64,000 nt of DNA from a virus (taxonomy: Duplodnaviria > Caudoviricetes). Shown here in pieces: positions 49,301 to 58,639 of this stretch (the stretch's first letter is position 1; each line of letters starts with the position of its first letter). The translations under genes were made by a program, and so were the position numbers. The notes under the pieces are model-generated. The model saw nothing but the letters and a program-made list of their open reading frames with translations. It was not told the origin of the DNA and ran no database searches. Location: IMG/VR virus record IMGVR_UViG_3300025392_000232, positions 1 through 64,000 of that record; one strand, given 5' to 3'.

Positions 49301-52300
49301 GGACTTGTTACCGCCCATTTCCATATTAATACTAATTCCAGCACCGTTGTTAACGTATGTAATTGTATTAGATGTTAATGTTGTCTTGGCAGTTACGATG
49401 TTGTTATAATCTGTAACCAGTGCGGAAGTTTGCCCATTAATCATTGATGTTAATGGAGCAGTTCTAGTGCTAGTATCAAATTTGCCATCGGCAACATAGT
49501 CTGTAAATATAGCGCATAGTGTAGCTAGTGTAGTGGCTTCTGCGCTAGTACCTGCTGTGCCTGTAGTATTTTGTGTAAGCACATTACCAGCACTCTTGGT
49601 CACAGCAGTCTTTTGAACTATCTGTCCAACAATAGTACTTAGGTAACCAATTGCGGCACCATTCAACAATATAAGATTGCTATTGTATATCCATTGAGCA
49701 ACGTCATAGCTAGCAGTTGTACCAGTATATAACATGTCATATGTCAATGCGTCAATTGCAAATCCAATATTATTGCTCATTGTTACTGCGCTGTAACTAC
49801 TGTAACTTGCTACGTTGTAGTTAGCGGCAAGTCTTGCTACAATTTCTGCTTGTATAAATGCACGGTTAGCTTGTAATAATGTTTTTGCATTTGTTACATT
49901 TGCAGTAGCGTTTGTTGGATTAGGGAATGTTAGTGTAGGAATACCTGCACTTGTATTACCATAGATACCGTTGACAATAATGTTGTTAACAATATTAACA
50001 CTACTTGCTGCCGAACTAATGCCAGCCGCATCAACTGTTCCAAGAGTAGCAATTTGAGTTGCTATATAACTGAACGCTTGTGTTACTAGTGTTTGTGGTA
50101 CACCGACTACGGCATTTTGTGGTTGCAAGAATACAATACCATACTTGACACTTTGGTAATTAGAACCAAATACCAAGTCAAGATTGACAGCATCAATTAA
50201 ACTAGGTGCTGTTACACTAGCACTATTTACTGTAATAGTTCCGCCTGACAGGTTTGTAGTTAAAATGCTGTTGCCATAACTTGCACTTGGATAAAATGGT
50301 GTAGCGGTATCTAAACCAAGTACGGCAGTATATGTTCCACTGTTATAACTTAGTACATTATTAATCTGATAACGTGCTCCTGATACATAGAACGCACAAG
50401 GTGTTTGTGGTGGGCGAACATCCAATCCACTGTTCAAGTAACCAGTAACTGTGATAGTTTGACCAAGGCTGGCAATACTAGTAATAGTTCCTTTTAATCG
50501 TCCTGCAAATCCGTCAATGAACTGTCCACCAGCAAAACGCTGACGGTTAGTACTTCCGGAGAAGCTAGCAGATTCTTGTGCGTACGGTGATTTAGTTTTG
50601 ATCTGACCTGTTGGGTCAAGCACCATCATGAAACCGCCGTGTCCTTGACAGCTGACTAACTTAATACGAGTTGCATCGTTACACAAGAATACGTCCATCA
50701 ACTTGTTATTCTTTGGAGTACTTGTAACATCTAATGGATTAGTCAAGTAGTGACGTCCGTAGTTAAATGTGCCATAGATATGCCAGTTGCCAACTGTATA
50801 AGTTGCCACTGTTGCAAATGGATAGATAACAGTACAACTCATTGTGTTGCCGCTAACAGTATTAATAACAGCCTTACCAGCAGTTCCTGTTTCGCTAGTT
50901 GCATCAACAATGATCTTACCAATCCAATATGGACTTGCTTGTCCAGATCCTAGAGTAGCAGTAATTGTTCCAGTTGTTCCATTGATAGATAATGTTGTTC
51001 CTGTAATGGCGGCAAAGTCAGAACTAAAATCAATCAAACCCAGTTGCAAACCGTCAATGACTGCATCGCGATAGAAGAATGTTGTTCTCCATGGAGATTG
51101 TGAAACACGATCTAATGGACGAATAATTGTACGACGGAAGTCGTCACCGAAGATAGAAACGTTAGCTGGTAATTTGATTGGATAATCTTCGTAGTAAGTT
51201 CCTGACTCGACAAAGATTTTAATGTTCAAGTCTGCTACAGTTTCACCAAAGTCTAGCTTTTCACCAAATGTCGCATTGCTGTTAGTTAAATTACTTAGTA
51301 ATGCTTTGTTCAACGTTACAGTATTGCCACTCACCCCAGTTACAAATGTTCCAGTAGCAATTCCACCACCAGTTACACCCATGCCAACTGTAATGGTACT
51401 AATGCTATTAAATGGAATTGTATAAGTAGTTGATGATGCTGTGAGTGTATACTGTCCAATTGTTCCGGTAACAGTAGTTGGGACTACATTAAAGAATCCA
51501 GGGCGAGTCATGTTGACAGTAATTGTGTCGTAGTTTGTACTTACACCTGCGGTGTAACTTATAATTTGTCCATACGCACTACTGTTAACACCTACTAATA
51601 CCTTACCAGGAATAATATGATTACTACCAGCTTGTCCTTGGTCAACAGATCCGTTACCACCGTTAGCAAATGTAATAGTGTAATAGCCAGTACCAAAACT
51701 TGGTGCAGGAGCCGCACCAATACCGTTGGCAATAATACTAACAATAGTATTCATGTTGGCATTGAACTCTGTAATTGGTGTAGCAGTAAATGTTAGTGTA
51801 GCACCATTACCAGGTGTGCCAGCTGGTGCCGCACTAATAGTAACCAAAGTTGGGCTTAGTATATTTGTAATTGTTACAGATGTAGTATTGGTAAATCCAC
51901 TACCTGAAATAGTCATTCCTGGTACTAGTGTGCCAGTAACATTTGATAATGTTAATGTGGTTGTTGTATTACTTACAAATGCCGCAGTAGCAGTATTAGT
52001 TCCTACTGTGGCATTATAGGTTGTTCCAAGTGTAGCATTGGTCTGTTGTGTTACTAGTGTTTGATAACGTGTTTGTGTAACTTGATTCAAGCATTGAGTA
52101 GCCAATTGTTGTGCAAACTGTATGCCGTCAACTGTTTCTGAATATTGTGTACCAATAGCAATAGCCTTGGCTGACACGTTTTTGTAATAACTCTTACCAG
52201 CAGTGATACTTTGATATGTACCATCTGTTAATAAGTCTATGATCATCCCATCGATGATATAGCCTATATCTCGTGAACATGTAGCTTGATTATAACTAAA

Positions 52301-55300
52301 TCCGCCTGCAAATGTAGTTGATAGATAACTTATTACACTATTACTAATAGTAACTGCATTGTTTTCAATAATGCCAAATGTGGTTTGTAAACTAGAACTA
52401 TAGTTAGTAGTATCGGGGTAAGTGGCAACAGCAATTTGTACACTAGTACTAATAACACCAGTTACTAATGCTACTAAAGTAGTGATAGTAGTTGCTTGAC
52501 CTGAACCAGCACTCCAGCTAGCATTGCTAACTTGATTTGTAATCTTACCGGCAACAGTTTGACTACCAGTAACTGTTGAAGCAAAGCTAACGCTTGTTGC
52601 TGTACAATTAGTTACAGTCCAGTAACCGTTGTAACCAGTAGGAGCCATTCCCTGAATGGTAATAACTTGTCCATTGGTATAAGGTGCAGATCCTTGATTA
52701 GCAAAAGTTATTGTGGCAGTTGTACCATTACCACTAGCTCCTGTTGTTGTAATATAGTTTCCAGGAGCAGGACTTGACGCACTATTAGATATGACATCTC
52801 TAACTACGTTGCTTAGATGGTTAAGGCCGGCTAAACATGCATCTTTATGTGAAGGCAATAATTGTGCAATACCGTTGGCATAATATTGATTGGCAGCCTG
52901 CACAGTTGCAGAGTTACCGCCATAGGTAATATCATATGCCAATGCTTCTAATACATAAGTTACATCTCGTGTTGATTGGCTTAGGCTGTAAGGAACATTA
53001 GGATATGCGTTAGTCATAAACGCATTAATCTCAGCTGTAATATAAGGTATGTTAGCTATAATGGCAGCTTGTGCGGCAACATTACTAGCGGCCAATCCAC
53101 TTGGATTAGTAAATGTTGGAGTAGTTCTAGAGTTGATACCTTGGTTTACTAAATTTAAAATATTATTAAACAAGCTGGCGATTGTTGCTTGTTGTGTAGG
53201 ATCGTTTAGAACTGGGAAGTTATTGTTTACGTAGGTAACTGCGCTGGTTTCTAAAGCAACTTTATTATACTGAATAGTTCCACTAGCAGGATTTGTAAAT
53301 GCTCCAACGATTCCAGTTAATGTACTTGATACACCAGTTAATACTGGATAGATAGAAGTTGCACTTGGCTGACTTACGCTATTAACAATAGCCTGGATAC
53401 TTGCAACGTTAGCACTAATAGAACTACTAGCAACACTACCTCCAGATAATGTTACGTTAGCATACTGAATAACACCAGTTTGATATAGTGTAGCTGGTGG
53501 GTTATTGGTAATAACAGCCTGTGCTAATGTGTTGATATAACCAATTGCCGCAACAGTTCCAGATTGTTCGTAGCTGGCAATTTGTAATTTACTATTCAAC
53601 CAATATGATAATCCAGCATAGATACTTGCACTATTTCCTCCATACATTGTATCGTAACATAGTGCCCAAACAATATATTTGACATCGCGTTGGCAAGTTG
53701 TTTTACTGAATGTCAGTGTTGGGTAGTTAGCTTGCAAGTATGCAATGATTTCTGTTTGAATAAAATTAATGTTGTTTAACAACAATGATACTGCACTAGT
53801 TTCACCACTGCTAGAAACATAAGTTTCATTTAAGAACAAGATAACATTTGATTGTATAGTACTTAGACCGGTTAGTACAGTTGTACGTGATGGGTTCTTA
53901 GAGTAGTTTACACCGTATGTATAACTTGGAGCAACACTTATTGGATTAGAACTTAGACCGTTATTGATAACATTAATCACATAACCTAAAAGTGTACTAA
54001 CTTGTGTTGCAGCCTGCGAACTTCCTACACCAGCAGTAGTACTTTGTGTAGTATTATTACCAACAGACTTGGACCAACTTGTACTACCGGTAATTATAAA
54101 ACCGATAATACTTTGCAATCTAGTAAATGCACTAGCTACCTGTGCATATTCTTGACTAATAGTACTTACACCGCTACCATTATAGTAAGCATCTACCGCA
54201 ATGACAGTAGCTGTGTTACCACCATATAGCAAGTCAAATGTTAATGCATCGATTAGGTATCCTGTGTCTCTACGACAGTTGTCTTCGTTATACAATGGAA
54301 TGCTGCCAGGTACTAAATTAGCATTAATGTATGCAATAGTCTCGTCAATTAAAAATTGGCGGTTAGCAATCAATTCAGCCGCGCCATTTGTAACACCAGA
54401 CAATGCACCACCTAGTGTTGAACCTGTTGGATTACTAAATGTTAATGCTGGTGCACCTACTGTACTTACAGCGTTGATAATACTAGTAACCACATTCATA
54501 CTATTAGTAATGCTAGTAATAGCCGCAGAGTCACTTAGTAACGCAATTACTTGATCTCTAGCGTAGTTTAAACCTGCAATAGTCTGTGCTTTTTGACTAG
54601 TAGTCACAGTTGAACTATAACTTCTTAAGTAAGAAAATGCCGCAGTGATTGTGCGATAATTAGTGCCAAAAATTAAATCATCTAATACTGCATTAACAAT
54701 CAATCCAACGTCGCGTGAACATTTGTTAGTGTCATATGTAAATCCAGTACTTTGACTGACTGCTGGGAATGATGGTGTCGGTAGGATGCCGGTAACAATT
54801 ATGTTACCAATATTGGCACAAATTGAAGTAATAGTAGCTGTTGCACTAGGAACTGCGGCTACAGCAGGTATTGCATTAATATTGACAGCAAGATTATTTA
54901 ATGTACTTACAATTCCTGATGGAGCAGTAGTGCTAGCCTCCATCGATCCACCATCAGTAGTTAAACCATAAGTAGGACCATTTAGTGTTTGACTAATTGT
55001 AATTGTTGCACTGTCTAGAATACTTGCAATGTAATAAGTATTACCTGTAATTATATTACCAAAACTTGTTCCGCTGAAAGTAATAGCAGTTCCTACTACC
55101 ATACTCTTCGTACTGGCTACTGTGATAGTATTGTTAGTTCCTGTTATACTTATTGGTGCACCTAGCGTACCTGCATTTTGACTAATGCTAACTGTGTATG
55201 TACCTGCAACACCTAGACCAGTTAATAGCCCAGTAATTTTCGTACCAGCTGTTACACCAAATCCAGTAATAGTCATGCCAACTGCAAATCTACCAGCGAT

Positions 55301-57091
55301 AGTTCCTCCTACAGTTAATACTGTTCCTGCAATGAAACTTTGTGTTCCAGTAGCAACACCACTAGTAGCAGTTGCCTGAGTATTAATTATAGTTGCAGTT
55401 GTTTCTAAACCAGTGTTTGCATATGAGAATGCCAAGGCTGCCTGAATGCTATTATAGTTAGTTCCTAATAATAGATCGTAACAAACAGCATCTATAACTG
55501 TGCTTAGGTAAGTTTGTAAATTAGTTGTGCTATAAGCATAATTTAGAATCTGACTCTCAGCATTTTGAATAGCCGCTACAATAGTTGTTAAGTTTCCAAT
55601 AACATCGGAGTTGTATGCATCAAATAATTTGCTGGCCTGTGTTACACTGTTAAAATTAGTGCCTTCCAACAAGTCATAACCGACACCTGTTACAATGTCT
55701 TGTATAATTTTGTTATAACGTGTTTTGTCAAAACTAAACGTGTTTACATATTTTTGATTCAGATAAGCAAGTGTTTCGTTTTGGATAAAAGATTTATTAG
55801 CTTCTAACAAACTAGCGGCATCTAAATATCCTTGTACTCCGCTATTACCTCCGCTAAATGTGACACTTAAAATACTACTTTGATATTGGTTAGGTCCAAT
55901 GGTATAAGCAATGGTCTGACGATATGGTCCAGGTTCGCCAAACGCTAATGTGATCAAATTGTCAGCTTGCAAACAGGCCGCGCCCACTGTCTTATAAGCA
56001 TAGCGTGGACTACGACCTTCTCGACCAGCAGGTGTGTTCTTTTGGGTATCATCTCCAGCCATGCTTACATATAAGTTTACATTACTGTAGTAGGTACTAT
56101 TATCTACATAAAATTTAGTAGCGGCTTGTAAGTCATCTTGACCATTTCTAACACCAAAGCCACTCATGCTACCAGGATGGTCGCTAAGTGTCAGAGCACC
56201 AGTCATCTTATCGCCATCACGTAGTACTACATGTTTACGTTGTACAGCTTCTTGTCCTGTATAATTACCACTTAGTGTTGGATCATAATCTGGTTCGTTA
56301 GTTTGCGCAATAGTCGGCATTTCACGTACACGTAATGGTCCAGTAACTTGTCCATTAACAACTTGTAAGTAATGATTATTAGCATAGTTAACTGTTACTG
56401 CTAACTGACCTAACGTAGTTTGTACACCACTCTTGGCATAAACAGCGTTGAATGCATCTACCAAGTTACTACTTGGATCACTTAAACGTCCAATGGTAAA
56501 CAAGTTGGCATTGATAGGAGCACCCATAGTAGGTTGATTATCACTAACAAGACCTGCGGCATTAGCAGTAATCACCACTTGTGCATTATTTCCAGAGTCA
56601 ATAGTAATACCGTCACCAGCTACTAGATTTCTAGCACTTAGACTTCCGCCTGTTGTGCTACCCATAATAACTTGATTAGCACTATACGGAGTTCCAGTGA
56701 TTAAACCAGTTTGTGTAATTGGAGATGTAACTGTACTTGCAAATGTAACACTAGTTGCAGTAGAATATAAAACCTTATATGTTCCGTTATAAGTAGCCGG
56801 AGTAACTTTGCTGATAACAATGTTCTGTCCAATGCTAAAAGGCAGTCCTAATTGCGGAGCACCATTGGTAAAGTTAATTGTAGTATTAGTACCATTACCG
56901 CTAGCAGTGGTAATTTGATAAGCAGTCGTACCTGGAGCATCAGCAAGCTGTCCAAAACCAATACTACCGCCAGCACCAAAAATAGCATATATTTCTGTAA
57001 AGTTTGAGTTAACTTTTTCAAACGATGTACGTATACTATCGCCTGTGCCGTCATTACCTTGGATACCAATATCAATTATTTGTTGTGTCAT
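43379..57091 (-). CDS. Giant (4570 aa) tail fibre / virion structural protein
   Basis: gp9/10-type N-terminus NDGTGDSIR..F.KVN.NF; helical CxRD repeats; Thr/Gly-rich beta units; C-terminal ADLAEYY autocleavage-chaperone-like domain. Confidence 0.85.
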   Translation of the reverse strand: MTQQIIDIGIQGNDGTGDSIRTSFEKVNSNFTEIYAIFGAGGSIGFGQLADAPGTTAYQITTASGNGTNTTINFTNGAPQLGLPFSIGQNIVISKVTPATYNGTYKVLYSTATSVTFASTVTSPITQTGLITGTPYSANQVIMGSTTGGSLSARNLVAGDGITIDSGNNAQVVITANAAGLVSDNQPTMGAPINANLFTIGRLSDPSSNLVDAFNAVYAKSGVQTTLGQLAVTVNYANNHYLQVVNGQVTGPLRVREMPTIAQTNEPDYDPTLSGNYTGQEAVQRKHVVLRDGDKMTGALTLSDHPGSMSGFGVRNGQDDLQAATKFYVDNSTYYSNVNLYVSMAGDDTQKNTPAGREGRSPRYAYKTVGAACLQADNLITLAFGEPGPYRQTIAYTIGPNQYQSSILSVTFSGGNSGVQGYLDAASLLEANKSFIQNETLAYLNQKYVNTFSFDKTRYNKIIQDIVTGVGYDLLEGTNFNSVTQASKLFDAYNSDVIGNLTTIVAAIQNAESQILNYAYSTTNLQTYLSTVIDAVCYDLLLGTNYNSIQAALAFSYANTGLETTATIINTQATATSGVATGTQSFIAGTVLTVGGTIAGRFAVGMTITGFGVTAGTKITGLLTGLGVAGTYTVSISQNAGTLGAPISITGTNNTITVASTKSMVVGTAITFSGTSFGNIITGNTYYIASILDSATITISQTLNGPTYGLTTDGGSMEASTTAPSGIVSTLNNLAVNINAIPAVAAVPSATATITSICANIGNIIVTGILPTPSFPAVSQSTGFTYDTNKCSRDVGLIVNAVLDDLIFGTNYRTITAAFSYLRSYSSTVTTSQKAQTIAGLNYARDQVIALLSDSAAITSITNSMNVVTSIINAVSTVGAPALTFSNPTGSTLGGALSGVTNGAAELIANRQFLIDETIAYINANLVPGSIPLYNEDNCRRDTGYLIDALTFDLLYGGNTATVIAVDAYYNGSGVSTISQEYAQVASAFTRLQSIIGFIITGSTSWSKSVGNNTTQSTTAGVGSSQAATQVSTLLGYVINVINNGLSSNPISVAPSYTYGVNYSKNPSRTTVLTGLSTIQSNVILFLNETYVSSSGETSAVSLLLNNINFIQTEIIAYLQANYPTLTFSKTTCQRDVKYIVWALCYDTMYGGNSASIYAGLSYWLNSKLQIASYEQSGTVAAIGYINTLAQAVITNNPPATLYQTGVIQYANVTLSGGSVASSSISANVASIQAIVNSVSQPSATSIYPVLTGVSSTLTGIVGAFTNPASGTIQYNKVALETSAVTYVNNNFPVLNDPTQQATIASLFNNILNLVNQGINSRTTPTFTNPSGLAASNVAAQAAIIANIPYITAEINAFMTNAYPNVPYSLSQSTRDVTYVLEALAYDITYGGNSATVQAANQYYANGIAQLLPSHKDACLAGLNHLSNVVRDVISNSASSPAPGNYITTTGASGNGTTATITFANQGSAPYTNGQVITIQGMAPTGYNGYWTVTNCTATSVSFASTVTGSQTVAGKITNQVSNASWSAGSGQATTITTLVALVTGVISTSVQIAVATYPDTTNYSSSLQTTFGIIENNAVTISNSVISYLSTTFAGGFSYNQATCSRDIGYIIDGMIIDLLTDGTYQSITAGKSYYKNVSAKAIAIGTQYSETVDGIQFAQQLATQCLNQVTQTRYQTLVTQQTNATLGTTYNATVGTNTATAAFVSNTTTTLTLSNVTGTLVPGMTISGSGFTNTTSVTITNILSPTLVTISAAPAGTPGNGATLTFTATPITEFNANMNTIVSIIANGIGAAPAPSFGTGYYTITFANGGNGSVDQGQAGSNHIIPGKVLVGVNSSAYGQIISYTAGVSTNYDTITVNMTRPGFFNVVPTTVTGTIGQYTLTASSTTYTIPFNSISTITVGMGVTGGGIATGTFVTGVSGNTVTLNKALLSNLTNSNATFGEKLDFGETVADLNIKIFVESGTYYEDYPIKLPANVSIFGDDFRRTIIRPLDRVSQSPWRTTFFYRDAVIDGLQLGLIDFSSDFAAITGTTLSINGTTGTITATLGSGQASPYWIGKIIVDATSETGTAGKAVINTVSGNTMSCTVIYPFATVATYTVGNWHIYGTFNYGRHYLTNPLDVTSTPKNNKLMDVFLCNDATRIKLVSCQGHGGFMMVLDPTGQIKTKSPYAQESASFSGSTNRQRFAGGQFIDGFAGRLKGTITSIASLGQTITVTGYLNSGLDVRPPQTPCAFYVSGARYQINNVLSYNSGTYTAVLGLDTATPFYPSASYGNSILTTNLSGGTITVNSASVTAPSLIDAVNLDLVFGSNYQSVKYGIVFLQPQNAVVGVPQTLVTQAFSYIATQIATLGTVDAAGISSAASSVNIVNNIIVNGIYGNTSAGIPTLTFPNPTNATANVTNAKTLLQANRAFIQAEIVARLAANYNVASYSSYSAVTMSNNIGFAIDALTYDMLYTGTTASYDVAQWIYNSNLILLNGAAIGYLSTIVGQIVQKTAVTKSAGNVLTQNTTGTAGTSAEATTLATLCAIFTDYVADGKFDTSTRTAPLTSMINGQTSALVTDYNNIVTAKTTLTSNTITYVNNGAGISINMEMGGNKSMLANDYTQINDLGYGILCTNAGLTEQVSTFTYYCYTAYWALNGGQIRSVAGSNANGVYGLRGTGSDVTEQPDSVNLSYNMMQSARVYKQGAFTATMTPTATQAALSVYAIGWEYIPPGTTELEIDHTLAGGGITRYLISTVTHTSVTVNGQNVLQLTLSTAGTENTATGGLAYPLYDGQVITMRVLQNILFYNIDNVKPVRPSTALQYTNNLATIYRIIAYNLVQSTGEQLPANQSLLQFDSSFVYYKFVVDTSNMFNADPTVTVATANVALTPTSGGTTLYVITSSIVGSIATGQYVGGYGFQNIKVVSTSVSGANTVITLSGTPAISAVGSVYFSTSTQGGNIGDNKIAVLQISDAATISQMNTGTYLFAWNGRTHRVVSYVQPTSVGTGLYSAYTAVSTTYTLTVQNFSGTISAGQIITGTGFNGTQKVVSYTTSVIPGTTNTQAVVILDTPATGTPSGSITFGGFSVNGYLQIDSNPVANIGAYGTGINSMTYISDALATGSTTSKVVTYQIPFNTIYAYPPVDSYLSVTGNANTNYNGNYLVTAITNTSQLTVADTTNIKVGMVITTSASGAFVEGAATTPSGSTIVQSVDSSTQFTVSPGVWVQPSTSITAILVATVASITITNAGSGYVKAPTIKFSGGGLADNSTSHALATCTIDSFGSISSVTRVSPGSGYTSIPTITLSGNSGTASTTTSGTNLITLNSTANLQTGAVITFSGTTFGNLQTLTNYYIASIIGNKITVSGSNLLTPVFVLTDGSGSQMTWSTPGTGVLTAVLTSNPQVVTTTTASTNTINMSLLYPTDPGTSGNATTTTSPSTITLSSVTNVSIGNKIIFGGTAFGGIPTAAVTAGSFVIGNSYTIVSGAGINASGSTTNYTDFTAIGAANNNIGTTFKATGIGSGVGTANPTFYIVSLSGNNITIANTKGGSALTTITSSSSATTTFYSPSYGGINQDITPSAIGTPTLTATQTINGTTYTNYYNVSFTIPSTSITAGTYYRVTGNTNSLYNGYWLTANSTASSTTLTLIYPFSPGTAGAAATTVVAKEVTSASSSSLGISRPFNASQSTTLRMGYPATQTGQITIRISTCRATGHDFLDIGTGGFITTNYPNQIYGNAAIASNDSNDVVEETVGRVFHVSTDQNGIFRVGRFFKVDQGTGTVTFSASIALSNLDGLGFKRGVVVSEFSTDANMTQNAPDTVPTQSAIRSFVDYRLGLDYGGTPVANTNLIGPGYLALNGALAMKGNLNMAGYTIGNLFMPNSSITQYDAVNRGYVDASSTGLNNLYKLGDVAVKATGTYVGFAASGGLPTVYTLSLSSVYGTIVPGMVLQSGSGYTGGQTVLSVSLTSGLFPAGASGTVTLSGNLTGASGTLVFTSYANGNFLLYDSTLSQWTNIAPPASSAPTGSPAGSHIGFTFTHGTPGTLVTTIQGSVIVDSMVNASAAIVQSKLAMNVAKGLATNTSGSGLAGAIVQADLGLSVFNNNVFNVSGTGWVDLLDSTSSTTGIALSKLRQMATGYLLGNRSGVPAVPSLITPANVVTDGDGIKNVLFGAANSVTTDAAASVMLAKYDNSNTSNNTYGLLGITTTGSGSKIVKTGTNGEITTTQLKVNGSKTIDSTGSTLNFYTPGAFNFLSTVDVAGSATTTVNGLLNATIQSVSIQSGATTTDTSIVGSLYGSWALGANAVFSFNNGTLQTTNITSGSATTAGTITGNWSHNGKIRRTAAGLGYLDGNYPSVETTSTSGVIYSIGGTYAPGSTDLGTMYGVGFGYSGAGGAIKNPGGVSNSKWGLYVASNGTASIFLNSDDGSGHFSGAVNTATLNGNGPGTYGSGTINGAWSLGTNATITATYAADLAEYYEGDKTYEIGTVLVFGGDKEVTTTDTMNDTRLAGIVSDNAAYIMYDACPGEKNLIALAGRVSCKVVGRVKKGDMLTTSATPGYAVKALTPTLGSIVGKALEDKDYGEAGIIQVAVGRA

Positions 57092-57097
57092 TTTAAC

Positions 57098-57421
57098 TTA
57101 AACTCCGAAACTGCTACCGCAGCCGCATTTGGTTGTTGCATTAGGGTTGTTTATAACAAAGTTACTACCCATTAATTCTTCTTTATAATCTATCTCTGCA
57201 CCTGTCATATATTGCATACTCATGCTGTCTACAAGTACTCGAAATTCATCTAGGGGGATTTCAAAATCATCTTCGTTGGCTACTTCGTCTAGAGTAAAGC
57301 CGTAGGAAAAACCTGAGCAACCGCCACCTTGTACAAACGCTCGTAATGCTAAACTAGGATTTCCTTCTTCATAAAGGATATCTTTAATTTTTTCTTTTGC
57401 TGACGCTGAAATTGTGATCAC
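57098..57421 (-). CDS. erpA: A-type Fe-S cluster carrier (ErpA/IscA)
   Basis: [14 protein letters not shown]...CGCGSSF. Confidence 0.92.
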   Translation of the reverse strand: MITISASAKEKIKDILYEEGNPSLALRAFVQGGGCSGFSYGFTLDEVANEDDFEIPLDEFRVLVDSMSMQYMTGAEIDYKEELMGSNFVINNPNATTKCGCGSSFGV

Positions 57422-57481
57422 ATTTAGCCCTCGATATAATATTTATCAAAGGCATTTTATAATCTTAATGTAAATAACTGT

Positions 57482-57775
57482 ATGTACTTGACCACAGAAT
57501 ACCAGCATACACAGTATGTACGTACCAGCAAGCGCGGTAAACATCATACATATAGTCGTAAAAAGACTATAGTTGTGTTTAGGTGTGATTCATGTCAGGG
57601 TATTTTCAAGAGAGATAAAGGAAGTATGGATCCTAATCGCTTGAATAACAACTATTACCACGTGTGTGGTGATTGTGATGCTAAAAAGTTTGCCCAGGAA
57701 AAGGGTGTAGAAAGTCGTAAAGTTTGGGATATGCCTGTAAGTAGTCTTAAGACGTTAGGCCAATTCGGGAGCTGA
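57482..57775 (+). CDS. Small basic Zn-ribbon protein
   Basis: CDSC...CGDC; TAAATA directly upstream. Confidence 0.7.
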   Translation: MYLTTEYQHTQYVRTSKRGKHHTYSRKKTIVVFRCDSCQGIFKRDKGSMDPNRLNNNYYHVCGDCDAKKFAQEKGVESRKVWDMPVSSLKTLGQFGS

Positions 57776-58307
57776 CAATATTCCAGTTGATAATCGTCCA
57801 CTGGTTAGATAGATAACGCTTTTTATCGGCTTGATAATCTAAAGCCCACGCATGTTCCCACCAGTCAACTAGTAGTACTATATCCATCTTTACTTGATGA
57901 TTTTTAATAGTTTTTATTTCACCGTTAGTAGCTAGATAAATCCATCCTGAGCCTTGTATTTTCATAGCTTCTTTTTCAAATTCAGTTTTAAAATTATCAA
58001 AACTTTTGAAATACTTGTTGATAAAATTACCAGCAATATTAGTTGGTTGATTCGATGCTACCGGTGCGTGATATTGTGTGAATAAAATATGGTGTAAAAA
58101 TGCACCTGCTTCGTTAAAATCAGCATCTCCTTCACCATTATTAAAACGATCAACATATCCTTTGTACAATTTACCATAATGATAGCGCATTGTGTCTTCG
58201 GATATAGCCGGCTCTAATTCATCCTTTTTATAAGGAAGTATTGCCTGCTCTAAAGTTTTGGGACTTTTACCCTCGTTTAGACTAACATATCTAATAAAGT
58301 TGTACAT
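57747..58307 (-). CDS. Fe/Mn superoxide dismutase
   Basis: LPY...LEP.IS..T..YH, GAFLH, GSGW..L, DWWEHA. Confidence 0.92.
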   Translation of the reverse strand: MYNFIRYVSLNEGKSPKTLEQAILPYKKDELEPAISEDTMRYHYGKLYKGYVDRFNNGEGDADFNEAGAFLHHILFTQYHAPVASNQPTNIAGNFINKYFKSFDNFKTEFEKEAMKIQGSGWIYLATNGEIKTIKNHQVKMDIVLLVDWWEHAWALDYQADKKRYLSNQWTIINWNIVSSRIGLTS

Positions 58308-58348
58308 AATGATATTTATCGTATAAATATTCTACAGGAGATATAACC

Positions 58349-58639
58349 ATGTTACATCACATTAAAAAATTATTTGGCACTAAACCTAAAGAAGCACCAG
58401 CACCGATCAGATATGAAGATCAAATACAATCAAAAATTGATATTTCATTTCCAGATTCAGCAGTTGCTCCATATAAAGTAGAAACACCGTCACCTGCTGT
58501 TGAAGCAATGGTAACTAGCTTAGTAGTAGAAGGGGCCGGGACTGTTGAAGTTCCAGCTAAGCCAGCTAAAAAAACTGCGGCCAAAAAAGCACCAGCTGAA
58601 AAGAAGCCACGTGCTCCACGCAAGCCTAAAGCAGAGTAA
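58349..58639 (+). CDS. Small protein with histone-like Lys/Ala/Pro tail
   Basis: PAKKTAAKKAPAEKKPRAPRKPK; SD AGGAG. Confidence 0.7.
   Translation: MLHHIKKLFGTKPKEAPAPIRYEDQIQSKIDISFPDSAVAPYKVETPSPAVEAMVTSLVVEGAGTVEVPAKPAKKTAAKKAPAEKKPRAPRKPKAE

Noticed and set aside
43854-55379. Many plus-strand ORFs antisense to the giant tail gene (and similar ones opposite clpA, polB and the holin)
   Set aside because: Shadow frames caused by codon bias; no SD, no motifs, fully overlapping well-supported minus-strand genes.
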